From the human T2T-CHM13v2.0 reference genome, Homo sapiens: a DNA stretch of 64,000 nucleotides. Of the stretch, positions 1-16,227 are shown one piece after another. The translations under genes and the position numbers were made by a program. The notes below the pieces were generated by a model. That model was not told the origin of the DNA, ran no database searches, and worked only from the letters and a program-made list of their open reading frames with translations. The first letter of the stretch is position 1; each line of letters begins with the position of its first letter. The DNA is taken from NCBI RefSeq assembly GCF_009914755.1, contig NC_060927.1; one strand, 5' to 3'.

Positions 1-280
1 TAGTTGTAGGTGTGCAGTCTAATTTCTATGTTCTCTATTCTGTTCCATTGGTCTATGTGTCTGTTCTTGTACCACTACCATGCTGTTTTGATTACTGTTG
101 CCCTGTGGTACAGTTTGAAGTCGCTGAGTGTGATGCCTCCAGCTTTGTTCTTTTTGCTTAGGATTGCTGTGGCTATTCGGGCTCTTTTCTGCTTCCATGT
201 GAATTTTAAAATAGTTTTCTCTAGTGCTGTGAAGAATGTCAATGGTAGTTTAATGGAAATAGTATTGAATGTATACATTG
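1..280 (-). mobile_element. L1 ORF2 3'-region fragment (L1PA/L1PB type)
   Basis: ORF 75..278(-) reads [44 protein letters not shown], the classic L1 ORF2p segment. Confidence 0.9.
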
Positions 281-652
281 GTTTTTCTTTTCCCTCACCA
301 TTTAAGATAAAGGAAGACTACATTGCTTCAAAGACATAAAAAGCACAAGTTAACTTCAGAGATATATTTAACTGGCTCACTGATTTCATCATTTATAATT
401 AGGTATAATGAGGATTGAACCCTACCACATTTTATAATTTTCAAATAGTCCATCATCTATTTTATAGTTTATATTTATCATTTTAATCCCTCCTTCCCAA
501 AATGACATACAATAGCAACCAGATTTCATTTTACTTTCAAAAATTGCCTAATACAGCACAGAGACATTTATAATGGTTCAGAAGACCTGCCTTGGAGTTC
601 TTAAGCTGCTCTAACACTAAGTAGTTTACTATATTAAGGAGAGGAATGGTAA

Positions 653-1011
<359 letters not shown>

Positions 1012-1829
1012 TAACCCCTTCCAAAACCTTGGTTCACCTCTGGCAGCGCATGAAAGGTGGGTTACTTACAGGAATGAGAGTACAGCCCGTGTAATTAAAC
1101 AAAAGAAAGGTTCATAGGCAATATGTGAAGAGAAAGAAACAGCAATATTCACTCCCCAGTTTATTAATGAATGCCTAGACAGGCTCTGAGTTACTTTATG
1201 TATGCAGAGCTCTGTTCCTAGCACTCTGTGTGAATATAGAATCATAGATCCTTGGAAACTGAATGTACCTTGAATCCTTAGCTTGACATTAAAGATTCTC
1301 CATGACCCAGACTCAATCCGTCTATACATCTCCTCACCAACTGAATTTCCCTGTGACCTTCCTATTCTAGTACAAGGCATCTTAGCTTGAGACCTTTAGA
1401 AAAAAAAAACCTAAGGCAAAATTATATGCTATTGCTTTATTGAAAGGCACAAAGAAGCATAAGAGGAAAACGAAAAGTGGAGCATGGACAAAGGAAAAGC
1501 AAATACAACATCATGTGTTTCTGTGTTGGCTGCAGTCTCATGTATAAACAATCGATTGCCGAGTCCTGCAGGATAAATTTGGACTGGCTATAAGAGATCA
1601 GTTCATGATGGGTAGGACGTTCAGAGGATTCTCTCTGGCTTCCGTCTCATGTTTTGTAACTGACTAGTCTACCTCATGGAGTGTTAACTTTCCTGCACTT
1701 TCAGCCTGTGTTATTCTCCTCCCTGCTCTAGGCATCCAGCAGGGAATCTGGAATCTCCTCAAGTTTGTTCTACCAATACACCATTGCAGTGGTCTCTCTT
1801 CTTTGTCAGTCAGCACCTTATGTAGGTGC

Positions 1830-2173
<344 letters not shown>

Positions 2174-2533
2174 TTAGTGGAAAACGCAGAAATAGTTGGG
2201 CCTTTATCACAATGAGAATGGCGAGAGCTATCGCTAGAACTTCAGTGGCTTGGAATCCAGGCACCTGGTAGGGCTAGGAATAAAGGAAGAGCTAAGCCAC
2301 ATGAATACGTCCTAAGTGGCAGGGTGGCTTTCACTGCACTTTGGATCTACTACAGAACCTTCTCTTGTACGGGAGCCACATTCAAAACAAGCAGCCTTTA
2401 AGTCACTCAGTTAGTCAAAGTAGTATTACCAGTTGCTGTATTACCTCAAAAATTCAAAGGGGTTCACATGCACTATATCTCTTTTTGTTGTTTAGAGGTT
2501 TCAAGATGGAGCATCACATTTATTATTTTAAGG

Positions 2534-2747
2534 CAAAGTTTCTCAATCTTGCAATTATTGAGATTTGGGGTTGGGTAATTCTTTATTGCGAGGGGGTTGT
2601 CTTGTGCATTGTCTGATGTTTTGTTGTTCCCCTGGCCTCTATCCATTTGATGTCATCCCCCTTCTGTGATTTCTGACAGCCAAAAATGTCTCCAGACATT
2701 TCCAAATTTCTCTTTAGGACAAAATCATCCTTGGCTGAGAACCATTG
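2534..2747 (-). mobile_element. MER20 (hAT-Charlie DNA transposon)
   Basis: Matches reverse MER20: aaaaatgtctccagacatt...ctgagaaccattg; terminal inverted repeats. Confidence 0.8.
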
Positions 2748-3180
2748 CTTTAGATGGAATGACTCAATATGCCCAAGGCCATTATCCCTGAAGCTTTATG
2801 GGGTTTATTTCCACTTTCTGCTCTATATGTATCTTACTAGGATATTGAGGATACTTGCTACCTCTTAGTTATGAGACAAATCAGAATGATCTTATCTATA
2901 GAGTGGACCAGTATGATATTCAACAGAATGTAAAAACGATAAATGGTCAAGATAATTGAGGACTGTATTACAAAAGAGACTAGGACCATTAACATAGTCA
3001 TGTAAAAGCACACTATATTTGATCCTCTATCCTAAAGGGATCACTATTTTAATAATAGCATACCAAATGCCAGTAGGTGGGTTAATGTGCTTCAGTAACA
3101 ATAACACATTTGCTAATGAAAGTCAATTCTGAATGGGTGTCCAGTGTTTCTGCATCTCTCTTGTGGGCACAGGGACTGGC

Positions 3181-3496
<316 letters not shown>

Positions 3497-3569
3497 TCTT
3501 TGTTTTAGACTATGTTTTCAATTTAATATTTTCAAGTTTCTGTTTGTATTGCAAACAGCCTTGGAAGAC

Positions 3570-4338
<769 letters not shown>

Positions 4339-4740
4339 AAGATAGAGATAACATCCCCTTTCAAAACAAATAGTAGGTTTCTTTACAGGCCAGAATAAGA
4401 AAGATAATATTTCCCATCAAGGCAAAGGTCAAGCACACTTAATGCCCATTATAAAAGATTAATGATCCCTAAGCTTGAGATCCCTATCCTGTAACAAATC
4501 CTATTTAGTGTGCAGAAATCATTTGTCCCTTATACCAACTTTGGGCTATGTGAATTGACATTTGGGAAAATGCTGCCAATGTTGATGCTCTGGCCATTGC
4601 TATTTCTGTGAGTAATGAACTGTCATTTGTTTCTAACCCAAGAATCTCATGTTTTCTGCTAACGTCCATGAAATTGTGGCAAGCTAACTTATTTGCTTGC
4701 AAGTGGAATAAAATCTCAGACCCTTCATAGTTCTTGGCAT
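4339..4740 (+). mobile_element. Old ERV LTR remnant (family uncertain), host of the MST insertion
   Basis: LTR-like 3' end (aataaaatctcagacccttcatagttcttggca). Confidence 0.45.
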
Positions 4741-5129
4741 CTGATATAGTAGCAATGATCAGAGTTATAATTTGGTTAGAGTTATAATTTGGTTAATGTT
4801 ATAGTAGCTTACTGCTATCTACTATGATCCAACTCTTTTTTACAGAGATTGAACAGATGAATTGATCAAAAAAGTGCTGCTAACTTCCCTACATCTCTTA
4901 AATATTTGACAAGGGGGTCACTTCTCTTCAATTCCTTCGAAATATATTATTTATTTGTTATCTTTAGGGTCAAGACGTACAGTTTCAGAAGCTGCAACTG
5001 GCACTTTAAGTTGGCTTTTATTTCAAAGGTCAAAGAAGCAATATAAAGGTTCTGCCAATATCTAAGTATGTCCATCTAGATTATACATATCTTGGCTAAG
5101 GAAATTAACTATAAAGTAGTCAATAGACA

Positions 5130-5900
5130 CAGTGAACCCACTGAGCAACAGACTGGGATCAAAACTCCATTTAACACCTGTCCTCTATAAATGCCCTTCC
5201 TCACCAGGTGGCTCAGATGACATTTCAGGTCCCCTGACAGCAGTCAGTTCAGTCCTCACACCTAAGAGTCTTTTAATATCACCTAGGAAATGTTGCCTTG
5301 TCAAATGGTTACAGGTTTCTGTGGGAAAATTTGAAGAAAAATTATTCGATATACTTGCATGTATCTAGTTTCCCTTTCAATCAATAGGACCTAGGGCTGT
5401 GAACAGACTTACATATGAAAACTGAAAGGGCTGTGATTTTCCAAAGTGGCATTCAGAGCAGATTGATATCTCTTTCTCTCTCTCTCCACCTGTCTGTCAT
5501 CCCTGGGAAATCCATGATCTATTGGGCATCACCATTGCTCTCTGATAGCCAAGGTTCTATGATTGACACTCCTGTATTTCTGCATGCTAACTCTGCACTT
5601 GTACCATTCCCATGGTACTATTCCAACGGCCTGTTCCATTCCAGAGGCCCACTTTCCTCATACTTTTTAGATAGCCTAGTTCTGTAGCAGCATCTTCCAC
5701 TGATGAAGCAGCTACCACTGAGCTTCTCAATGATTTCAGTGCCTTCGTCACCTGTGCATTCATTAGTGCCTTAATGAGACAGTATCCTTTAGGCGTTAGG
5801 TGATATTTCTCAGCTGTGGCATAGTAAATCCATTCAAACATTTCCACTTCCCAGAGCCTTCTGAGAAATTCCAGTTATGTGGCATGAAAATTTTGACATC
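5130..5900 (-). mobile_element. Degenerate ERVL-type internal sequence (gag/protease remnant)
   Basis: ORF 5587..5847(-) MFEWIYY...KALMNAQV...SLRSSVVA...VEDAATELGYL resembles ERVL gag; 5130-5270(-) resembles the ERVL protease region. Confidence 0.65.
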
Positions 5901-5902
5901 TT

Positions 5903-6214
5903 GGCCAAGTGCAGTGGCTCACGCCTGTAATCCCAGCACTTTGGGAGGCCAAGGCAGGTGGATCACCTCAGGTCAGGAGTTTGAGACCAGCCTGTCCAGC
6001 ATAATGAAACCCATCTCTACTAAAAATACAAAAAAAAAGAAAAAAAAATTAGCCAGGTGTGGTGGCGTGCACCTGTAATCTCAACTACTTGGGAGGCTTA
6101 GGCAACAGAATCACTTGAACCTGAGAGGTGGAGGTTGCAGCGAGCCGAGGTTGCACCACTGCACTCCAGCGTGGGTGACAGAGCAAGATTCTGTCTCAAA
6201 AAAAAAAAAAAAAA
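5903..6214 (+). mobile_element. AluS
   Basis: ggccaagtgcagtggctcacgcc start, poly-A tail. Confidence 0.93.
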
Positions 6215-7062
6215 GGCATCTCCACTTCATTTAGTGTAACCCTTCACCAACGCCAGGCTTCAAGAAATCATCACAGCAAATTATTGGGCTGTGCTTCCCT
6301 ACTCAGGTTGTATTAAAATTTGATTCAGAGTATCAGCCTGGAGGCGATGTGGAATGAGAGTCAAGGATCCTGAGGACACCAAAAGTCATATTGCAGGTCA
6401 TCTGCTTTGAGTGAGGTTATTACATGGTCTTTATGTTGGGCTGTTTTCTTCTGGCAAGTGGACAGGACTGATTCTGCTGGCCGTGACAGCTCAAGGAATT
6501 TAGAAGTTCAGAATCCCCCAAAATCTTTATTCCTGGCCTCAAGGACCCATCAGTTTACTTTTTTTTTGCAGTTATTGCAACTTTGTAATTATAAATGCCC
6601 CTATACAAATCAATTGCAACAGCCACTTGACTTTCTAATGCCCTTCCTTCTACCCACACCTCATTCTTCTTAACCACAGGTGAAGTTTTTAATAATCGTG
6701 ATTCATTACAGGCCAGTAATTTGCCATTTCACTTGACAACAGAAACGAAGTGAGTCCCTGTGACTTCCAGAACATGGCTGATCTAACCCCAAAACGTCAT
6801 CTTGAGGATTGGCTTTTGAGGCCCCCTCCTCTCCTTGTATCAATTATATTTGCCTGGGGCTATAGAGAATAGGTGGCAAAACCTACAAAGTGCTAACACT
6901 TTACTGGGAGTTGTGAGGGCAGCTGGAGTAAAGAGAAAAGGATAACGAGGCACAGAAATGAAAATGAATACAAGGTGATATTTTCTTTGCAGGCCACATT
7001 TTTATGGGCAGTTCAAGGTCATAGGATAAGTGTACATTTAACATTAATAACTGTCAAACAGG

Positions 7063-7337
7063 TTTTTTTTTTTTTTGAGACGGAGTCTCACTCTGTCAGG
7101 CTGGAGCGCAGTGGCGTGATCTCGGCCTTCCTGGTTCAAGCAATTCTCCTGCCTCAGCCTCCCAAGTAGCTGGGATTACAGGCACCTGTCACCAAGCCTG
7201 GCTAATTTTTGTTTTTTTAGTAGAGATGAGGTTTCACCATATTGGCCAGTCTGGTCTCCAACTCCTGACTACAAGTGATCCACCCACCTCGGCCTCCCAA
7301 AGTGCTGGGATTACAGATGTGAGCCACAGCACCCAGC
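7063..7337 (-). mobile_element. AluS with short internal deletion in right arm
   Basis: Alu consensus lacking the tcactgcaacctccgc segment. Confidence 0.9.
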
Positions 7338-7371
7338 TTAAACAATTTTTTAAAATGGTTGTAACATTTAA

Positions 7372-8233
<862 letters not shown>

Positions 8234-8536
8234 ATTCATTCCCTACTCTGTAGATGCTACTTTCTGTTAAGCCTCATGGAGTTTCACGTTACATATATGC
8301 AGTACAGGCTTTGACCAAAGACTTGGGAGCCCCTGTGTGCAGCTCTGTCCTCTTCAGTACCCTACTCCACAAGTTCCAATTGGGTCAGCAGTCATGCATT
8401 CTATTCTTTGCCTTCCCAGAGAGACCCTTCTTGGACTCTACTTTCCTCATAAAAGTTGGGAAATAGGCCCCAAGTACAAAGTTGGCAAGAGTATGGGAGG
8501 CTAAATTTCATGTGTTACTCTTCTCTCATGGGTCAT

Positions 8537-9696
8537 TGTGATATTGTGAAACATATATTTGGTCTTTGACCCTGTTTCCTGGCATACAACCAAAATCTTT
8601 AGACTGTTTTGTATGCTAATGATTGACTAATGACAAGCAGCCCCTATGTAGCTTTGAGGAGTGTAAGCGCAAGTGCAAGGGTGGGGCTGGTAATCAGAAA
8701 AAAACAAGTCATGGTTACAGGGTTGATATTTTCAGGCCCACTCCACAACCTCCAGAGATGGGGAAGGGACTGAAGGTTAAGCTGATCACCAATGGCCAAT
8801 GATTTAATCAATCATGCCTACATAATGAGGCTTCCATTGAAACCCAAAGGAGTGGGTTCAGAGAGCTTCTGGATAGCTGACACGTGGAGGTTTCTGGAGG
8901 ATGGGGCTCCCAGGGAGGGCATGGAAATTTTGTTCCCCTTCTCACTTGCCTTGCCCTACACATCTCATCTCTTCACCTACATCCTTTGTAATATCCTTTA
9001 TGATAAACTAGTAAGTGTAAGTTAGTGTTTCCCTGAGTTCTGCGTGCCACCCTAGAAAATTTTTTTTTTTTTTGAGATGGAGTTTCACTGTTTCGTCCAG
9101 GCTGGAGTGCAATGGCACAATCTTGGCTCACTGCAACCTCTGCCCCACTGGGTTCAAGTGATTCTCCTGCCTCAGCCTCCCGAGTAGCTAGGATTATAGG
9201 CGCCTGCCACCATGCCCAGCCAATTTTTGTATTTTTAGTAGAGTTGGGGTTTCACCATTTTGGCCAGGCTGGTCTCGAACTCCTGACCTTAGGTGATCTG
9301 CTCGCCTCAGCTTCCCAAAGTGCTGGGATTACAGGCATGAGCCACCACGCCCAGCCTACTCTACAAAATTAATCAAACCCAAGGAGGGGGTTCTGTGACC
9401 CCTGATTTACACCTGGTCGCTCAGAAGCACAGGTAGAACAACTTGGGACCTGTGGTTGGCATAGGAAGTGAAGGGCAGTCTTGGAGACTGAGCCCTAAGC
9501 TGCTGGATCTGATACCACCTCCAGGTAGATAGTGTCGGAATTGGATTGGAGTTCACCCAGCTGGTGTCTGCTACAGAACTAATTGTTGCATGATGTATAA
9601 AGAAATCCCTTCACACATTTGGTGATGGAAGTCTTCTGTGTTGATGATTGTTATTGTGGTGTGAGGGCGGAGGAAAAACAGTTTGTGTTTTTTCCA
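8537..9696 (+). mobile_element. MER21-family LTR interrupted by an Alu
   Basis: tgtgatattgtgaaacatatatttggtc start; ccaatggccaatgatttaatcaatcatgcc and ttccctgagttctg motifs typical of MER21. Confidence 0.75.
9060..9356 (-). mobile_element. AluS in MER21 LTR
   Basis: Alu consensus; TSD ctagaaaatt/ctacaaaatt. Confidence 0.93.
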
Positions 9697-10079
9697 CTGC
9701 CAGAGTCATGCTACCTATTGCCTAGTGCTTCAGAACATTCGTCTCATGTTTTCTCTAGCTTTTTCGTCATTTTTGGAGAAGAAATTGTTTAGAACCATTT
9801 ATTCCTTCTTGGGCAAAAGTTCAAGTCTAAATATGTTTTTAAATTTTATTAGTTATGCAGTATTTCCTATGAAAAATTAAATAATCACCAATGCACCACA
9901 CTCAGATTCAAGGTAAACATGCTGCCATATTTGTCTTTACATATATAATTGAAACATATTCTTTTGGTTATCTATTGCTGCATAATACAGCATGCTACAG
10001 CTTCTTAGCTTTATACAATAGCATGTGTTTATTTATTCAAATTTCTGCAAATTGGGTAAGGTCAGAGAGCTCTTCTTAC

Positions 10080-10484
10080 CTGTGTCACAGGTGGCTTCTC
10101 TTGACATAGCTCAAGTGGGTTTTGAAGATCAGTTTCCAAAGTGGTTGGCAATCAGCTAGATGTCAGCTGTCAGCTGGGAGCTCCATTATGTTGGCTGGGG
10201 TGTTTGTTTTCTTCCACATAGCCTTTCCATATAGCCAGTTTCCAACAGCATATTAGTGTGTCCAGAATTGGTGGGTTCTTGGTCTCACAGACTTAAAGAA
10301 TGAAGCCGCAGATCCTCGCAGTGAGTGTTACAGTTCTTAAAGATGGTGTGTCCGGAATTTGTTCATTTCTCCCGGTAGGTTCGTGGTCTCTCTGGTTTCA
10401 AGAGTGAAGCTGCAGACCTTCGCGGTGAGTGCTACAGCTCTTATGGGCAGTGCAGACCCAAAGAGTGAGCAGCAGCAAGATTTA
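10080..10484 (-). other. UTS2B: Probable UTS2B non-coding exon 3 (~405 nt) built from LTR12 R/U5 plus MLT1 sequence
   Basis: Minus-strand acceptor tttttgctctttgcag|TA at 10485/10484 inside LTR12; strong donor CAG|GTAAGA at 10080/10079. Confidence 0.6.
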
Positions 10485-11601
10485 CTGCAAAGAGCAAAAA
10501 AATAGATCTTCCACAGTGTGAAAGTCACTCCAGCGGATTGCTGCTGCTAGCTCAGCAGCCTGCTTTTATTCCCTTATCTGACCCCACCTACATCCTGCTG
10601 ATCGGTACATTTTACAGAGAGCTGATTGGTCCGTTTTACAAAGAGCGGATTGGTCCATTTTGACAGGGTACCGATTCGTGTGTTTACAATCCCTGAGCTA
10701 GACACAGAGTGCTGGTTGGTGCATTTACAATCCTCTAGCTAGACATAAAAGTTCTCCAAGTCCCCACTTGATTAGCTAGACACAGAGCACTGATTGGTGC
10801 TTTTACAAACCTTGAGCTAGACATAGGGTGATGATTGGTGCATTTACAAACCTTGAGCTAGACACAGGGTGCTGATTGGTGCATCCACAAACCCCCAGCT
10901 AGACACAGAGTGCTGATTGGCGCATATACAATCCTCCAGCTAGACATAAAAGTTCTCCAAGTCCCCACCCGACTCAGGAGCCCAGCTGGCTTAGCCTAGC
11001 GGATCCCACGCCGGGGCTGCCGGCGGAGCCTCCCGTTAGTCCCGCACTGCGTGCCTGCACTCCTCATCCCTTGGGCGGTCAATGGGACGTGGCGCCTTGG
11101 AGCAGGGGGTGGTGCCCATCAGGGAGGCTCGGGCCGTGCAGAGCCCATGGGGGTGGGGGCTCGGGCATAGCGGGCTGCAGTACCCCAGCCCTGCCCCGCG
11201 GGGAGGCGGCTGAGGCCTGGAAAGAGTTCCAGTGCGGCGCTCAGTGCTGGGGGACCTGGTGCACTCTCCTCAGCTGCTGGCCCTGGTGCTAAGCCCCTCA
11301 CTGCCTGGGGCCGGGGGCACCAGCCAGCTTCTCTGAGTGCGGGGGGGCCTCCCAAGCCTGTACCCACCTGGAACTCGTGCTAGCCCGCAAGCAGCACGCG
11401 CAGCCCTGGTTCCCGTCTGCACCTCTCCCTCCACACCTCCCTGCAAGCAGAGGGAGCTGGCTCCGGCCTTGGCCAGCCCACAGAGGGGCTCCCACAGTGC
11501 AGCTGCGGGCCGAAGGGCTCCTCAAGTGTGGCCAGAGTGGATGCCAAGGCCGAGGAGGCGCTGAGAGCGAGCGACGGCTGCTAGCACGTTGTCACCTCTC
11601 A
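10257..11601 (-). mobile_element. Full-length solo LTR12 (ERV9; C/D/E-type)
   Basis: Minus strand begins TGAGAGGTGACAACGTGCTAGC and ends ...TGGACACA; 4-bp TSD TTAG at 10253-10256 and 11602-11605; tandem CCAAT repeats 10600-10960; CpG-rich U3. Confidence 0.95.
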
Positions 11602-11612
11602 TTAGGATAGTC

Positions 11613-11916
11613 TTTGTTGTTGTTGTTGTTGTTGAGTTGGAGTTTCCCTCTGTCGCCCAGGCTGAAGTGCAGTGGCACCATCTTGGCTCACTGCAACCTC
11701 TGCCTCCCTGGTTAATGCGATTCTCCTTACTCAGCCTCCCGAGAAGCTGGGCCTACAGGCATGCACCACTACGCCCAACTAATTTTTTGTATTTTTAGTA
11801 GAGACGGTGTTTCAGCATGTTGGCCAGACTGGTCTCGAACTCCTGACCTCAGGCAATCTGCTCAGCTCACCTTCCCAAAGTACTGGGATTACAGGCATGA
11901 GCCATCGCACCCGGCC
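11613..11916 (-). mobile_element. AluS with (TTG)n tail
   Basis: Alu consensus. Confidence 0.92.
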
Positions 11917-12499
11917 AGGTTTTTTTATTTTTATTTTTTTTAACAAGACAACTGACTTCCTTAAGAGCATGAAAACAGAAGTTGCCTGGCCTTCTTATGT
12001 CAAGGCTTATAAGTCTCAGAATGTCACTTCTACTGCTTTTTATTGGTTAATTAGTTACAGGTCCAGCCCAGGTTCAACAGGAGGGGAAATTGATTCCACA
12101 TTTTGATGGAGGGTTATAATGTCGTACTGCAGGAGGGCATGTGCGATGAGAAGCAATGTTGTGGTCATTTTTAAAGCAATAATCTGTGACATGCATTTTC
12201 CTACATTCTGTTTTCCTTTTCTCCATTCTCAGAGGTAGCTACTGTAATCAATGTCTATATTTCCCATTCATATTTGTATAGTTTCACCAGACTTCTCTCT
12301 AGCACTGAATACTCTTCATACTTTAAGCATTTTCCACATAGGGCAAAACAAAATCTTGAGGAAATCTCATAAATCTGAGGTCACAAGAAAAGTAGCCTGT
12401 AGAAAAGGAATTTCCTAAACTATAGGCCTCCTGCAGAAAAGTTGACTGAATGGTTCATCCTTTAAATTGGGTTGCAATGTTTTCCAGCTTGAAGATCTT

Positions 12500-12807
12500 C
12501 TTTTATGTTTTATTTTTTATTTTTGAGACGCAATCTCACTCTGTCACCCAGGCTGGAGTACAGTGGCACAATCTCAGCTCACTGCAACCTCCACCTCTCC
12601 AGGCTCAAGTGATGCTCCCACCTCAGCCTCCTGAGTAGCTGGAACCACGGGTGCACACCACCATGTCCGGCTAATTTTTAATATTTTTGGTAGAGATGGG
12701 GTTTCACAATGTTGCCCAGGCTGGTCTGGAACTCCTGAGTTCGAGCAATCCACCCACCTTGGCCTCCCAAAGTGTTGGGATGACAGGTGTGAGCTGCTGT
12801 GCCTGGC
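12500..12807 (-). mobile_element. AluJ
   Basis: AluJ-type sequence; TSD tgaagatctt. Confidence 0.88.
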
Positions 12808-13615
12808 TGAAGATCTTTTAATTAAGATTTCCCTCCATACATAGTTGTTTTTTGTTTTTGTTTTTGTTTTTTGTAACCTTGGGTTGAAAAAATAGATAAT
12901 TGCAAATCACATGATCTTAGTAATATTTGTAAATTTTATATGTATTAATCACAGCTGCACTTGTATTCATTTAAAAATTCAAAATATGCTTTATGAAAAA
13001 CTTTTATTTTATATAGTCTGTAGATTATTTTTGAGGTACATATACATTTGTAGAAATTACCATAATAACTCTATCATACGAGATGTTTATAGCTAACAGG
13101 TTAGGAAACTTATGCCATAGCTGACACTTTGCTGAATTTTCCTCTGTATTAGCTCACAGTCCTCCTTGCATTAGCTCCTTGTACTAATCAGTACCTGTGC
13201 CAATATGTATACTATCCCTAGATATGCAAACTGCTATCATCCTACTCTAGTCCCTGCCAAGCTCTTGGCTGAGATTCCTTTGCCCTGGCTCCACGTTGAC
13301 TCACTTTATCATTGTCTCTCGCCTACACCCTTGTGATAGCCATAGAAAATCTCTCACATGACAATAGGTATTGATAAGCTATTTCATATTTTACTTCTTT
13401 TTCTAACTGGACATTTATCTGTAATAAATAAATGGCTCGTAAACAAAAATTAGACTTCACAACATGTTGGTATAGCAAATGTCCCTCACGGCAAAGCAGG
13501 AGAAGATATCTGTTTCTTTTTAACTTAGTTGCTTCTCTAAATATTTTAAATTACACCTTCTGTCTATTAAGGTATAGGTTCTTTTTTTAAAAGTCCTTTC
13601 TTAAAAACTATTTTT

Positions 13616-13971
<356 letters not shown>

Positions 13972-14019
13972 TCAGCATAGTCTAGATACACTTCAATTAT
14001 TCTTTATCAAATGCTTTAT

Positions 14020-14930
14020 CCAGCAATTTACTCAATACATATTTCATGAGCAGCAATTATATGTCAACACTATTCTATGTACTGACAATTACAGCATTAA
14101 ATCACATAGACAAAGTTTCAGTCTTTGTGGTAGATTGGACAGACATATAATATTGGCAGGAATAACTGACCTGGAGATAAAAAAAAAGAGTGGGCAAGAT
14201 ATGGAATGACAGATTGGATTGCTATTTTAGATAAGATCAGGGAAAGTCACTAGGAGAAGGTGACATCTGAGCAGACACTTGAATAAAATTGGAGGAGTAA
14301 ATCACACAGTTATTGGCATACAGGGTCTTTCTAGGAAGAGGGACCAGTTAAGTGAAAAGGCCCTGAAGCAAGACTATGTGTGGCTTATTCAAAGAACATC
14401 AAGTTGGTCAATATGAGGACAGGGCAGTGAGAAGGGAATGAGAGGAAGCCAGGAGGTGACTTTAGCAGATGATGCTAAGCACTTTAGACTGAATTCTGAG
14501 AAGATGAGATACCGTCCAAGGTTCATGTACAAATCAATGACATGCTCTGGCATGCTTTAAGGTATAAGTCACTCTGGCTTCTGTGTCAGTAAACTCCAGG
14601 GGAATAAGAGCAGAACCAAGAAACTGCGAAGGAGGCTACGGCCAAAACCCAAGTGAGAGATGATGAGGGTTTAGACCACGGTAGCAGCAGTCAGGAGATG
14701 AGATGTGGAATTTTTGTTGTATTTTAAAGCTTGAGTTGACTGAATCTGCTGAAGGATAAATGCAGGGTGTGAAAGAAAGACAGTAAAGAATAAATGACTG
14801 TAAAGTTTTTGATGTGACAACTGTGTAAGTACAGAGGTGAAGTAAATTGAAGAAATTATGACATCAGTTTTGATTATTCCTGAATAAGTGCTAATTAAAT
14901 ATTCAACTTAGTATGAAAAAGTAGTCAGTC
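14020..14930 (-). mobile_element. L2 LINE fragments
   Basis: Purine-rich degenerate L2 3' motifs (gtgacatctgagcagacacttgaat, aagtgagagatgatgagggtttagacc). Confidence 0.6.
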
Positions 14931-15782
14931 AGTGCTGTGGTTTGAATGTGTCTCTCCAGAATACAGGTATCACCAACTGATAGTATTAAGAGGCAGGGCC
15001 TATAAGAGATGATTAGGTCTAAAGGGCTTCTCCCTGATTAATGGGATTAAGACTTACAAAATAAGCTTCATGCGACATTATTCCTCAATAAATCCTCCAG
15101 AGTAAGAATAGTTAGGAAGTAGAAGAAGTTTGAGAACTGGAGTATTGTCTGAATCAGAAACACTGTAGCATTTAAATGTTTGGAAAATGGGGGCAGAAAC
15201 ACTAAAGACTATGATAAGAAATGATGTAAGTGTGTGTGGGGAGGGGTGGGAGTGGTTAGTTTTTATGTACAGTACAGTGGCAGTCAGTTGCCTAGCTAGG
15301 AATTCAAACTGCAGGTATTGCAACCCAGATGATTATCAGAAGGCTATACTCTAAAGGAAGTTTTAGTAAGACCTTTTAACTATTTTTAAAATCTTAGATT
15401 AATAATAGGAACTCTAAAGCATCATTTAATGAATGCAAGAAATAGGTTTTCACTAGTAAAATTGTGGGTACTCAAAATATGTGGAGATATATGAACTGCC
15501 TGAAATATTTTAACACTCTTATTTGGACAAGGTTTATGCGCCAAAGGAGCTTTTCAGCCTTTACTTTTCGCAATGATTCCCAAGGCATGATTCCAAAATA
15601 ATGTCTGTGTTTGCACAAATCTTTTATAGACTGTGTAGTCAGAACCCATAGAGGATAGGAAATTGGGACTCCAACATGTTTTCAAAACTGTCTTTATGAC
15701 TTCTTTGTATCTATCTGCTAATAAATGTGTATGTGTACATACAAATATGTGTATATATGATATATAAAAATATATGTGACTA

Positions 15783-16227
<445 letters not shown>

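Larger units (their letters stand above)
9955..12190 (-). mobile_element. Old MLT1 MaLR LTR split by LTR12 and Alu insertions (pieces ~9955-10256 and ~11940-12190)
   Basis: ggttatctattgctgcataa terminus; cagaatgtcacttctactgc..ttattgg and ttccacattttgatgg motifs in the distal piece. Confidence 0.6.

Noticed and set aside
4762-4795. Short tandem duplications (17 bp here; also ~21090-21150, ~38970-39020, ~52875-52932)
   Set aside because: Ordinary slippage-type micro-duplications with no sign of function
10600-10960. ~40-bp repeats with a superficially CRISPR-like spacing
   Set aside because: These are the standard LTR12 tandem CCAAT enhancer repeats; there are no unique spacers and the context is eukaryotic
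11071-11610. Cluster of overlapping ORFs on both strands
   Set aside because: GC-rich U3 of LTR12; stop-poor by composition
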